The translations under genes and the position numbers were made by a program. 64,000 nucleotides of DNA from Bdellovibrionales bacterium GWA1_52_35 (GTDB lineage: Bacteria; Bdellovibrionota; UBA1018), in assembly GCA_001769805.1 (NCBI GenBank), contig MEPO01000021.1, positions 64,836 to 128,835 on the forward strand. The letters are read 5' to 3'. Of the stretch, positions 50,603-59,170 are shown piece after piece; within the stretch, counting starts at the first letter, position 1, and each line of letters begins with the position of its first letter. The notes under the pieces were generated by a model, which did not search any database, was not told the DNA's origin, and saw only the letters and a program-made list of their open reading frames with translations.

Positions 50603-52609
50603 CTATCTCGAGTCTGGCTGCGCCTTCTTCTGCGCCATCCTGACGACTTCGAGATTGGCGCGGCTCCGTGAATCCTCAGGGTTCAACCTCAAGGCTTCCG
50701 TAAACTGTTCTATGGATTCTTCAAATCGTCCTGCAGAAAACAGTGCGATACCGAAATTGGCGCGTGCCTTGGCCAATTCAGGACTGATCTCAATCGCACG
50801 CTGAAAGTGACTGATCGCTTTATTGAGTTCTTTTTGCATCGCCAGTGCAATCCCCAGGTTGACATAAGCTTCAGCCCACTTGGGCTTCAGTCGCAAAGCC
50901 TCTTCATAGTGTCCTTGCGCCTCCCTGGGCTGCTGCATTGCCGCGAGAACAATCCCAAGATTATTGTGAGCCTCCGGGTAATAAGGGTCAAGCTGCAAGG
51001 CCTTCTGGAGGTATTCCTTCGCTTGCTCATGCTTGTTCTGGCTCATTAATACGTGTCCTAAATTATTATAGGCTGGGGCATATTCCGCGTTCAGTCTCAT
51101 GGCTTTTTGATGATTTGTGATCGCCTCATCGACCAAGCCCTTCGCCGCGAGAGCAACTCCGAGATTACTTAGAGTTTCAGGGAAATCCGGCTTCAACTCC
51201 AAGGCCGCCCGATAACTCACGATCGCCTCGTCAATACGCCCTTCTTGAGCCAGTGCGATTCCTTGATTGCTGTAAGCCTCGTAGTACACCGGCCTGATCT
51301 TCACCGCCTCACGATAGTGTTCGATTGCTGCTGTTGTATTTCCCTCCGAAGCCAGCGCAACACCCAGGTTATTATGAGCTACGTAATTCCGACTGGTCGA
51401 GGCAAGCGCATGAGCAAAAAGACTGCGACTATCTTTCCAGTAATGCACTTCCGTATATGCCACCGTGCCAAGTGCAAGCAGCACAACTGAACCTGCTATG
51501 CCCAGCACCCTTTGATTTTTGACCCAGTCCGCAACGCCCCAGGTCACCATTATGAAAAGTCCAACAAGCGGAATATAGGTATAGCGATCGGCCATTGCTT
51601 GATTGCCTGCTTGAATAATTCCGATCACGGGCAAAAGAGTTCCGAGAAACCAAAACCACCCGGTGAGGAGAGCGGAAGACTTCTGAGATCGAAAACTTGC
51701 GCGAAGAACAGCGCTTGTCACCAGCAAAAGACTAAGACTCGCGACAATGACGGATGCTGGCGATATCGTCTCCGGATACGGGTAAAATACAGACAAATTG
51801 CTTGGCCAAAACATCTTGGCGATATATTGCCCATAAGAAATAATCGCATTTGCCAGCCGCGAACCAAAAGAGATGTACCCGAGAGACGCCACCGACCCGC
51901 CCTCGTGTACGACCACGAACGTGATGACACTCAGAACGAGCGCCAAAGCAAACAATGGCATCTTTTCCATGATGCGCGTTTTAAAACTTTCGCGAGTGAA
52001 GCTCAGCCGGTTCAACGGCCAGTAATCCATCAAGAGCAGTACTGCGGGCAGGGTGACCGCCATGGGCTTGGACATCAGCGCCCCGGCGACAGCGAGCATC
52101 ACTGCCCAGTACCTTTGCTTGCCTGAATTTTCGGCGTATCGGGCATACAGCCATAAGGTCAGCATCCAGAAGAACCCACTCATGACATCCTTGCGCTCGG
52201 CAATCCAGGCTACAGATTCTACATGGAGCGGGTGTATGGCAAAAAGCGCGGCCACAAAGCCACTGCGCCAGGGCGCCGCGGTCATTCGCTGAAGCGCCGC
52301 AAAGAGCAATACAGTGGCTAAAAGATGCAGAAGCAGATTGGTCATGTGGTGGCCCGCAGGATTGAGCCCAAAGAGCTGGACATCGACCATGTGGGAGATC
52401 ATGGACAGTGGCCGCCAATAGTCGACATCCTTTGTGGTCAATGCCCAAATGACTCCGCCCACCGTCAAGCCGGCCCTCACCTGTGGATTTTCAGTTACAA
52501 AAATGTTGTCGTCGTAATTGATAAAGTCATGGTTCTTGACCTGAAAGAACACAGCGCTCGTAATCAATACCAGGAAAAGAACAATCCAGCGGGTCGTATA
52601 ATGCTTCAC
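50603..52609 (-). CDS. TMTC-like GT-C glycosyltransferase with C-terminal TPR array (copy B)
   Basis: FINYDD, YWRPL, HPLHVESVAWIAERKD, SKPM, ADRYTYIP, WKDS; about 11 TM helices; about 7 TPRs (AHNNLG). Confidence 0.85.
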   Translation of the reverse strand: MKHYTTRWIVLFLVLITSAVFFQVKNHDFINYDDNIFVTENPQVRAGLTVGGVIWALTTKDVDYWRPLSMISHMVDVQLFGLNPAGHHMTNLLLHLLATVLLFAALQRMTAAPWRSGFVAALFAIHPLHVESVAWIAERKDVMSGFFWMLTLWLYARYAENSGKQRYWAVMLAVAGALMSKPMAVTLPAVLLLMDYWPLNRLSFTRESFKTRIMEKMPLFALALVLSVITFVVVHEGGSVASLGYISFGSRLANAIISYGQYIAKMFWPSNLSVFYPYPETISPASVIVASLSLLLVTSAVLRASFRSQKSSALLTGWFWFLGTLLPVIGIIQAGNQAMADRYTYIPLVGLFIMVTWGVADWVKNQRVLGIAGSVVLLALGTVAYTEVHYWKDSRSLFAHALASTSRNYVAHNNLGVALASEGNTTAAIEHYREAVKIRPVYYEAYSNQGIALAQEGRIDEAIVSYRAALELKPDFPETLSNLGVALAAKGLVDEAITNHQKAMRLNAEYAPAYNNLGHVLMSQNKHEQAKEYLQKALQLDPYYPEAHNNLGIVLAAMQQPREAQGHYEEALRLKPKWAEAYVNLGIALAMQKELNKAISHFQRAIEISPELAKARANFGIALFSAGRFEESIEQFTEALRLNPEDSRSRANLEVVRMAQKKAQPDSR

Positions 52610-54393
52610 TTTGTTTCGTGCTCCTTGCCTGAACCGGTGATCGCTTGATTAAGTGTCTCGGCCAGCTTCCAGTTCATCGTTTTCAACTTTTCATATTCGA
52701 GGATAGCTGCCTTCCGGTCGCCCTTCATCAAATAAACCAAGCCAAGTGAAAAATGAGCCTTGTGGAAGGAAGGATCAAGTTGCAGTGCCCGGCTGAAGTG
52801 TTCAATCGCCTCATCCAGTCGACCTTGGGAGACCAGCGCGGTACCCAGCAGGCCTTCTGATCTTGCCGATAGCAGTCCAGACTTCGCCTGTTCCAGAAGT
52901 GCACTTTCGAGGTTCTTGTGGGCTTTCAAAAAACCAGGCCGGATTTTGAGGGCCTCAACAAAATGATTGATCGCCTCCTCTATTTGCCCCTTGCCCTTCA
53001 ACGCGACACCAAGATTGTTGTGAGCCGCAGGATTTGCGGGTCTGATGCGCAAAGACTCCCGATAATGCACCATCGCTTCATCCACCTTGCCATCTTCGGC
53101 CAAGGCCACACCCAAATTGTCATGGGCCAGCCAATTATCTGTGGTGATTTCAAGCGCACGACTAAATAATGAAATACTGTCCTTCCAGTAACGTGCCTGG
53201 ACATGACTTGTGACCCCCAATGAAACCAGAATCACGGCAGCTGAAGCGGCCAGCGCTTTCGCAGAAATCCGGGAGGGGATACTCCAGGCAAGCATGATGA
53301 AGAGCCCGATGAACGGAAGATAGGTATAGCGGTCTGCCAAAGCTTGCGGTCCCGTTTGCACAAATCCAATTACGGGAACCAACATGATGAGGAACAACGA
53401 CCAACCCACAACAAAATATGGCCGCGACTTCCGCGCTCGAGCTGCGAGAAATGAAATCGCAACCAGCAAAATAGTGCTGATAATGATCTTCAGAAGGGGA
53501 ATGTCTCTCAAATATGGGTAGATGACCGAAAGATTGGCGGGCCAGAACACCTTTTCAACATAAACCGCGTAGGCCACAAGCGCGTTCGCAAGTTTTTCTT
53601 GGGCAGAAATCGGCCCCATTGCCTCTTCGATCCCAAGCTTCGACACCACTAAATACGTAACCGCGCTGACAATCAGCGCTGCCGCGATAAACGGCAGCTT
53701 TTCGACTATTAACCGCTTGATGGAATGGTCAAAACGGAGCCGTTTTAACGGCCAGTAATCAAAGAGCAGGAGAGCCAGAGGCAGGGTGACCACCATCGGT
53801 TTGGACATCAAGGCACAGACATAAAGCAGAAAGGTGACCAAATATGTTTTTAGGCCCGGTTTGACGGTGTACTGAACATAGGCTCCGATTGTCAGAATCC
53901 AGAACAGTCCCGCTAAGAGATCTTTTCTCTCTGCAACCCAGGTGACCGATTCCACATGAGCCGGATGGAGCGCAAACAATGCGGCGACAAAGGCACTTCT
54001 CCAGATTGTATCGTTTTGTATGCCGTTCTGTATCCCGTTCTGCATGCCTTCCCTCACACCGGTGAGGCGCATCAGGACCAGAAAGAGCAAAAGGGAGTTC
54101 ATGATATGGAGAATGACATTCGTAAGGTGATGCCCGCCCGGGTCAAGACCGAACAGTTCACAATCAAGCATGTGAGAAATCATCGTAAGGGGGTGCCAGT
54201 AATCCACATTCGTCGAAACGAACGCCCAGCGAATTCCCTCCCATGTCAGACCCGCCTGGACCCGCTCGTTATGAGTTACAAATACAGTATCGTCGTAATT
54301 GATGAAATCGTGGCCGCCCAGCTGCCAATAGATCGCGCCGGTCGCGACGCACAGGCAAATCCCGATCAGTACCGCTATTTTGTTTTTCACCAT
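52606..54393 (-). CDS. TMTC-like GT-C glycosyltransferase with TPRs (copy A)
   Basis: Same motifs (FINYDD, YWHPL, HPAHVESVTWVAERKD, ADRYTYLP, WKDS); fewer TPRs; ATG 54393 lies 5 nt after the pilin 2 stop. Confidence 0.85.
   Translation of the reverse strand: MVKNKIAVLIGICLCVATGAIYWQLGGHDFINYDDTVFVTHNERVQAGLTWEGIRWAFVSTNVDYWHPLTMISHMLDCELFGLDPGGHHLTNVILHIMNSLLLFLVLMRLTGVREGMQNGIQNGIQNDTIWRSAFVAALFALHPAHVESVTWVAERKDLLAGLFWILTIGAYVQYTVKPGLKTYLVTFLLYVCALMSKPMVVTLPLALLLFDYWPLKRLRFDHSIKRLIVEKLPFIAAALIVSAVTYLVVSKLGIEEAMGPISAQEKLANALVAYAVYVEKVFWPANLSVIYPYLRDIPLLKIIISTILLVAISFLAARARKSRPYFVVGWSLFLIMLVPVIGFVQTGPQALADRYTYLPFIGLFIMLAWSIPSRISAKALAASAAVILVSLGVTSHVQARYWKDSISLFSRALEITTDNWLAHDNLGVALAEDGKVDEAMVHYRESLRIRPANPAAHNNLGVALKGKGQIEEAINHFVEALKIRPGFLKAHKNLESALLEQAKSGLLSARSEGLLGTALVSQGRLDEAIEHFSRALQLDPSFHKAHFSLGLVYLMKGDRKAAILEYEKLKTMNWKLAETLNQAITGSGKEHETK
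54013..54048. repeat. Three imperfect in-frame 12-nt tandem repeats in TMTC-like A
   Basis: GTTTTGTATGCC / GTTCTGTATCCC / GTTCTGCATGCC, encoding GMQN-GIQN-GIQN. Confidence 0.75.
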
Positions 54394-54398
54394 AGGAG

Positions 54399-54974
54399 TT
54401 ATTGAGAAACCATCGTTGCGGTAATTTTCATTGAGTAAGTGCCTGCCAACGGTAGATCCTTGGCAACACCTGTCCAGCTGGCTGTAACCGGACAATCCTC
54501 CTCAAGACCCGAGCTGAAGTTGGCTGCCAGATCCTCAACATGCGCATGATGAACATCCATTCCGCCGCCCATGGTTGTGCCCGCTGCATTGCCCGAGGGA
54601 ATGGTTACACTCGCAACAGCACCCGCTGAACCTCCGACGGTTTTACAAGCCGCTCCGCCCCAAACTTTGTAACTGATTGCTCCACCCCAGTCTTCGGCAC
54701 CGTTCATCGGTTTCCCATTTGCTTCAGTCGACTGCAGCGTGAGGCTTGCCATATCTATGTTGTATTTGAGGTGCAAAAGTCCCAGTGTCCGGTCATTCAC
54801 GATCGCGCGCGGGCTCAAGTCCAAGTCTCCGGGCACTCCGCGCACCCATAATTCAAAATATGCGGGCACGGTACCCGTTAGATTGATGTATCCAGTGACC
54901 GTGTCGGCGCGCGCAGACACAAGCCACGCAGCAGCCAGCACAAAAGTCAGGATCGCTAATTTTTGGAAACCCAT
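54399..54974 (-). CDS. Pilin 2 (paralog of pilin 1)
   Basis: 191 aa; signal peptide; GYINLTGTVP, ELWVRGVPGDLDL, GLEEDC, LPLAGTY; RBS GAGGTG. Confidence 0.75.
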   Translation of the reverse strand: MGFQKLAILTFVLAAAWLVSARADTVTGYINLTGTVPAYFELWVRGVPGDLDLSPRAIVNDRTLGLLHLKYNIDMASLTLQSTEANGKPMNGAEDWGGAISYKVWGGAACKTVGGSAGAVASVTIPSGNAAGTTMGGGMDVHHAHVEDLAANFSSGLEEDCPVTASWTGVAKDLPLAGTYSMKITATMVSQ

Positions 54975-55026
54975 TAAATACACCTCATGTGTAAACATGA
55001 TTCCCTACAGTTCCATCTTGACTGAT

Positions 55027-55054
55027 TATTCGGCCAAAGTGGCAGTGAAATTTA
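55027..55054 (-). promoter_or_regulatory. sigma28-like promoter of pilin 2-TMTC-TMTC
   Basis: Minus strand TAAA-N16-GCCGAATA. Confidence 0.6.
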
Positions 55055-55153
55055 AAAAATGTGCAAATTCTTCGAGAAATTCGCGATTTTATCGGAATTT
55101 TTATCCCGTCGGAATTTTTGATCCGGCAAGATTTGCCGGATGCGGCAAAATGA

Positions 55154-55732
55154 TTATAGCGAAACCATCGTAATCGTAATCTTCATCATGAAGACGCCGG
55201 CAAGCGGTAAATCCTGATTCACGCCCGACCACGAAGCCATCACCGGACAATCTTCCTCGAGCCCGTATCCGAAGTTTGTGGCCAGATCCTGTACATCGGG
55301 ATGATGAACGTCAGCACCGCCGCCCAGCTGGCCAACTGCTGGCCCCGAAGGAATCAGTTGACTGGCAACGCCGCCTGCAGCACCGCCCACAGTCATGCAA
55401 GTTGCTCCGCCACCTACTTTGAAAGTCATGGTTCCACCCCAAACGCTCGCGCCATTGTGGAGTTTTCCGTCCAGCGTATCGGATTTGAATGTCAAACTCT
55501 GCAAATTGAGGTTGTACTTCAAATGCATGATTCCGAGTAACCTGTCATTCACGATAATTCTCGGTCCAAGGTCCAGATCACCCGGCACACCTCTGACCCA
55601 GATTTCAAAAAATGCGGGCACATTTCCGCTCAGGTTGATATAGGCTTCGGCCTGATCCGCGCCACTGGGTGTGGGCGGGCTTGAGAGAAACAGAACCAAA
55701 ACAGCTACAGCAATCAGCCGCCTGATTTTCAT
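55154..55732 (-). CDS. Pilin 3 (paralog of pilins 1 and 2)
   Basis: 192 aa; signal peptide; YINLSGNVP, EIWVRGVPGDLDL, GLEEDC, LPLAGVF. Confidence 0.75.
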   Translation of the reverse strand: MKIRRLIAVAVLVLFLSSPPTPSGADQAEAYINLSGNVPAFFEIWVRGVPGDLDLGPRIIVNDRLLGIMHLKYNLNLQSLTFKSDTLDGKLHNGASVWGGTMTFKVGGGATCMTVGGAAGGVASQLIPSGPAVGQLGGGADVHHPDVQDLATNFGYGLEEDCPVMASWSGVNQDLPLAGVFMMKITITMVSL

Positions 55733-55805
55733 AAAGGTCTGCCTTTCGCGGACGGACCCATGGCGTCCTCAGTGGGACTGGTGGCCACGGTTACGTCTCA
55801 TCCTC

Positions 55806-55833
55806 TTATCGGCGTATTTTTTTCAGGAATTGA
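55806..55833 (-). promoter_or_regulatory. sigma28-like promoter of pilin 3
   Basis: Minus strand TCAA-N16-GCCGATAA (perfect -10 box). Confidence 0.65.
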
Positions 55834-55945
55834 TCACTTTATGCGCGCTGCATTATACGCAGTGCGACACGAATATATGCTTGATACTTAAGCAACTATT
55901 TAGTTTAGAATTGTTAACATTTCTAAATAATTATTGCCGCGCGAC

Positions 55946-57295
55946 CTATCGTTTTGGTGAAGACCCCACCCGAATTCTGAACAGTCCCACCAGAGTCATT
56001 CTAAGCAAGGTCAGACCGTCCCGGAATCTCCGGATATTGGTTGTACCGTAGGTCCTCGCGCGGTAGCGCACTGGAACGTCTACCACCCCCAAGCCCAAAA
56101 TCGCTGCGGGGAAAAGAAGTTCAAAATCCCCGAATGGATCGAAATCACCAAAATCTTTGCGCCATTCGACAATGCGCGCGTAATCGCGCCGGGAAAGCAA
56201 TTTGGTTCCGCAGAGTGAGTCGCCCAATCGCTGCTCAAGCACACTGCTAAGCGCTTTGGCGAAAAAGACGTTTCCAAGCTTGTTCAAAAAGCGCATCGCC
56301 TCACCCTCCATTGGATAAACGAGGCGGCTACCGTTGACGAAGTCCGCATGCCCCTGGACATAAGCTTCATAAAACCTGCCCAGCAGTTCCGGTGGCATCG
56401 TCAGATCGGCGTCCAAAATGGTAAGTACCTCTCCGCTCGCCTGTGAAAAGCCGAGCCGGACAGCATCTGCCTTTCCTTTTCCGGTTTGCTGAAAAGCTTT
56501 GATGCGTACCCTGCCTATATGCGCTTTTACAACACGTTCGATTTCCTCCCAGGTACCATCCGAAGAGTGCCCTTCGACAAATATCATTTCTATTTCACAC
56601 CCCAGGTCAGGTAGGCGCTCAATAGCAGAGGCAATATTTCCTTTTTCATTCCGTGCGGGAATCACAATCGAAAGACTGGGGCGCTCTTTGGAGTGAATGA
56701 CTGGTCTCAAAACGACGACCTCAGCAAGTGAGAACCAACGAATAATCGGCGTCGCCGCAAGCACGCGGTTGATCCAAGTCCCCACCCCGAGCAGTTCCCA
56801 TGGAAGGAAGATGCAGGATCGCTCACGGACAACTTCATAGCCCGAAATGCGAGCGAGATTAGTAATATCAACTCGCGTGAAAAAAGAGGTCGGAGCTCTC
56901 GCCTTGCGAATGCGAAAGCGCGAAGCCAAATTGTAAAACCACTGCATGTAAGAGCTATATAAAACGGCAATGACCCTGCTATGTCTCGAAAGCCTGGGAA
57001 GCGCCGTCATAAGTTCAGCCTGGATATCAAAACAGTAATTGAAATTCCCATTGATCAGCAGAGCACCGCGGTGCTCTGCTTTTTTTGACCAGTCTGGAAA
57101 ATCTTGGAGCGACGTAACAAACGCCTTCTGACGGGCGTCAATCAAATTGACCAAAATTGACTCGCTTGGGTCCTTGCCCTCAGACGGCGTCTCACTCACG
57201 GCAATCGCCCGAACACATACCAAATCATCGCAGTAGCGGGTAATTCTCGATATTTCCGCTGCCAGCAATCCATATACAGATTTTCGCCAGGACAT
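55946..57295 (-). CDS. GT2 glycosyltransferase (DPM1/polyprenol-P-sugar synthase-like) with a degenerate N-terminal domain
   Basis: SIVIPARNE, VEGHSSDGT, GKADAVR.GF, ILDADL (DxD), GSRL, DSLCGTK, DPFGDF. Confidence 0.85.
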   Translation of the reverse strand: MSWRKSVYGLLAAEISRITRYCDDLVCVRAIAVSETPSEGKDPSESILVNLIDARQKAFVTSLQDFPDWSKKAEHRGALLINGNFNYCFDIQAELMTALPRLSRHSRVIAVLYSSYMQWFYNLASRFRIRKARAPTSFFTRVDITNLARISGYEVVRERSCIFLPWELLGVGTWINRVLAATPIIRWFSLAEVVVLRPVIHSKERPSLSIVIPARNEKGNIASAIERLPDLGCEIEMIFVEGHSSDGTWEEIERVVKAHIGRVRIKAFQQTGKGKADAVRLGFSQASGEVLTILDADLTMPPELLGRFYEAYVQGHADFVNGSRLVYPMEGEAMRFLNKLGNVFFAKALSSVLEQRLGDSLCGTKLLSRRDYARIVEWRKDFGDFDPFGDFELLFPAAILGLGVVDVPVRYRARTYGTTNIRRFRDGLTLLRMTLVGLFRIRVGSSPKR

Positions 57296-57306
57296 CTGGT
57301 ATTTCC

Positions 57307-58158
57307 TCAGAAATTGTGGGTCAAAACCATATTACGGGAGGATCCGACAGGAATCCCGAGCCTGAGCAACGCCGCATCGCGAGGCCATTCCCTTGTCTTT
57401 CCGACTTCCCTGAAACGGTAACCCGCCTTGCTTAAAAAATTCACGAAATCTTCAAAGCTCTCGCCCTTTTTGTCGAACTGATACGGCGAAAACTCTAGAA
57501 CGAGAACAGGGTGATATTTTTCGATGACGCCCCGGGCGCCCGAGATCACCTCTCCCTCGAACCCATCAACGTCGATTTTCATCAAGTCAATCTTCACTCC
57601 CGGATGATTCTTTTCAAGAAATTCATCCAGAGCATAAACGGCAGCATCGCCGACTGGCATGGGTTTCCCGCAAACCTCGGCATCGGTTCCTGATTGATCA
57701 TCCAGCGGCCAGCTGGACCAAAGCTCCCCGGGCGCCTTCTGCTGCGAGGATGACAGGAGAAGAGCACGGTGCGGCTCGATGCGCGACTTCAATTCCGGAT
57801 TCAGTCCAATGTTCACGGAAAGCTTTTCAAAAGCGTATGCAGTGGGCTCAAAAGCGAGAACACGCCCAGTGGAACCAACACACCTGGCCAGCGGTAGCGT
57901 GTGTGCCCCGATATTCGCTCCTACATCGACCACCGTGCTGCCTGGACTGATATATTTTTTGTATGCTCGGATCGTTGACCACTCAAACCGGCCAAAGACA
58001 TAGATCGTCAGGTCAATCGCCTCGTCAAGATCCAGGCTCCAGCAAATTCCAAACCGTTGAGTTACAGCCTTCCTCGGTAATCGCGCGATCTTTCGAACGG
58101 CGCTCAAGCCCAAATACCCCATGCGGGCCAGGAATATCTTTTGGCGAGTGGCTAACAT
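57307..58158 (-). CDS. FkbM-family methyltransferase
   Basis: VDVGANIG, AFEP, MKIDVDGFE, G, P.L.LE. Confidence 0.9.
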   Translation of the reverse strand: MLATRQKIFLARMGYLGLSAVRKIARLPRKAVTQRFGICWSLDLDEAIDLTIYVFGRFEWSTIRAYKKYISPGSTVVDVGANIGAHTLPLARCVGSTGRVLAFEPTAYAFEKLSVNIGLNPELKSRIEPHRALLLSSSQQKAPGELWSSWPLDDQSGTDAEVCGKPMPVGDAAVYALDEFLEKNHPGVKIDLMKIDVDGFEGEVISGARGVIEKYHPVLVLEFSPYQFDKKGESFEDFVNFLSKAGYRFREVGKTREWPRDAALLRLGIPVGSSRNMVLTHNF

Positions 58159-58291
58159 AATTAAAAAATAGTACCACCCCCGCGAACAGGCAGTCCAATG
58201 CTTTCCCTGACGCAACGCACGACTTTCAAAGGTTCATTAACACCCGAACCCGGTGATTTTTTCCGAGAAACTGTTAAGCTGTAAAATGTAA

Positions 58292-58693
58292 ATGTCTTTT
58301 AAAACGGGTGTTCTTAATATTGCCTTGGTCCTGCTGCTGACTTGCTTCGGCTGTGGCAAAGCCGTTTCCACTTCGCCGAACGATGCGGCGCCGGTGGGAG
58401 GAACCATTGTCGCCACAGGCGCGTTCAGCGGCGCTGTTACAGGAACCGTAAGCGTCTACAGCATGGGATCGAATTCTTATATAATCCGGCTTGTTGGCCT
58501 GTCGGCTCCCGCCGAAGCCGGAATCCAGATGATCCCCTGGGTGAACAGTGCCGCGGCGACCACGTTCACGTTGCGTGCCGCTACCGGAAACCAAAACTAT
58601 AATCTCACAGCCTCCGGAACTCTCGTCTGGAACAAGATCGTCATCCGCTCGTCAAGTCAGGCCCGCGATCTGGATGAAGCCCCTCTGCGGTGA
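58292..58693 (+). CDS. Lipoprotein with a DM13-like domain
   Basis: Lipobox FG-C; G.F...GTV.V, LRAATGNQNY, KIVI pattern. Confidence 0.5.
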   Translation: MSFKTGVLNIALVLLLTCFGCGKAVSTSPNDAAPVGGTIVATGAFSGAVTGTVSVYSMGSNSYIIRLVGLSAPAEAGIQMIPWVNSAAATTFTLRAATGNQNYNLTASGTLVWNKIVIRSSSQARDLDEAPLR

Positions 58694-59170
58694 TCAGGGC
58701 AGTGACATCTCCATGCCTTCGGAATACTCGACCAATTCTTTGATATTCCGCACGTCTTTGATGAACCAGGCGCCTTGCTCTTGGACAAGAGTGCAAAGCT
58801 TTTTATTCGTGATTTTCGCCCCCGAACCCTTCGATTTGTCTATGTAGGTCAGCTCGTACGTAATGTTGGTTTCAGTGGCAGAAGACTTCTTGGTTTCATT
58901 GAAGACCAGCTTCACAAATTCTCTTTTGGTCTCGAGGAAAGCCTGCCGGAACTGATCATCACTCCAAACTGCCAGACGCGACTTGGCGCTTCCAGTGAGA
59001 TAGGTCATCAGGACCGCGCGATCCTCGATGCCCTTGAGATTGAAGGTACGCGAAATGTAGTCATTCAGCCGCCGCTTGGGATCTCCCTCCGTCGAGGGGC
59101 GGTTTGTACATGCCGACAGCATCGATACAAGAAGCAGCATTGCAAGCAGGCTTGAATTTTTAATCGACAT
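58694..59170 (-). CDS. Hypothetical lipoprotein (possibly NTF2-like)
   Basis: Lipobox LSA-C; C-terminal LVQEQGAWFI. Confidence 0.65.
   Translation of the reverse strand: MSIKNSSLLAMLLLVSMLSACTNRPSTEGDPKRRLNDYISRTFNLKGIEDRAVLMTYLTGSAKSRLAVWSDDQFRQAFLETKREFVKLVFNETKKSSATETNITYELTYIDKSKGSGAKITNKKLCTLVQEQGAWFIKDVRNIKELVEYSEGMEMSLP

Noticed and set aside
50650-51400. Periodic sequence similarity resembling an array
   Set aside because: These are protein-level 34-aa TPR repeats, not CRISPR or DNA repeats.
48929-55732. Shufflon or gene-conversion cassette system among the pilins
   Set aside because: The conserved WVRGVPGDLDL block differs at synonymous positions, each copy has its own signal peptide and promoter, and no recombinase is present.
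55733-55800. c-di-GMP riboswitch in the pilin 3 leader
   Set aside because: GAAA and GGACGC fragments occur but not in the order of the class I consensus; kept only as a structured leader.
42742-58290. Pilus region as a mobile genomic island
   Set aside because: No integrase, transposase, tRNA or flanking direct repeats were seen, and a composition shift was not computed.
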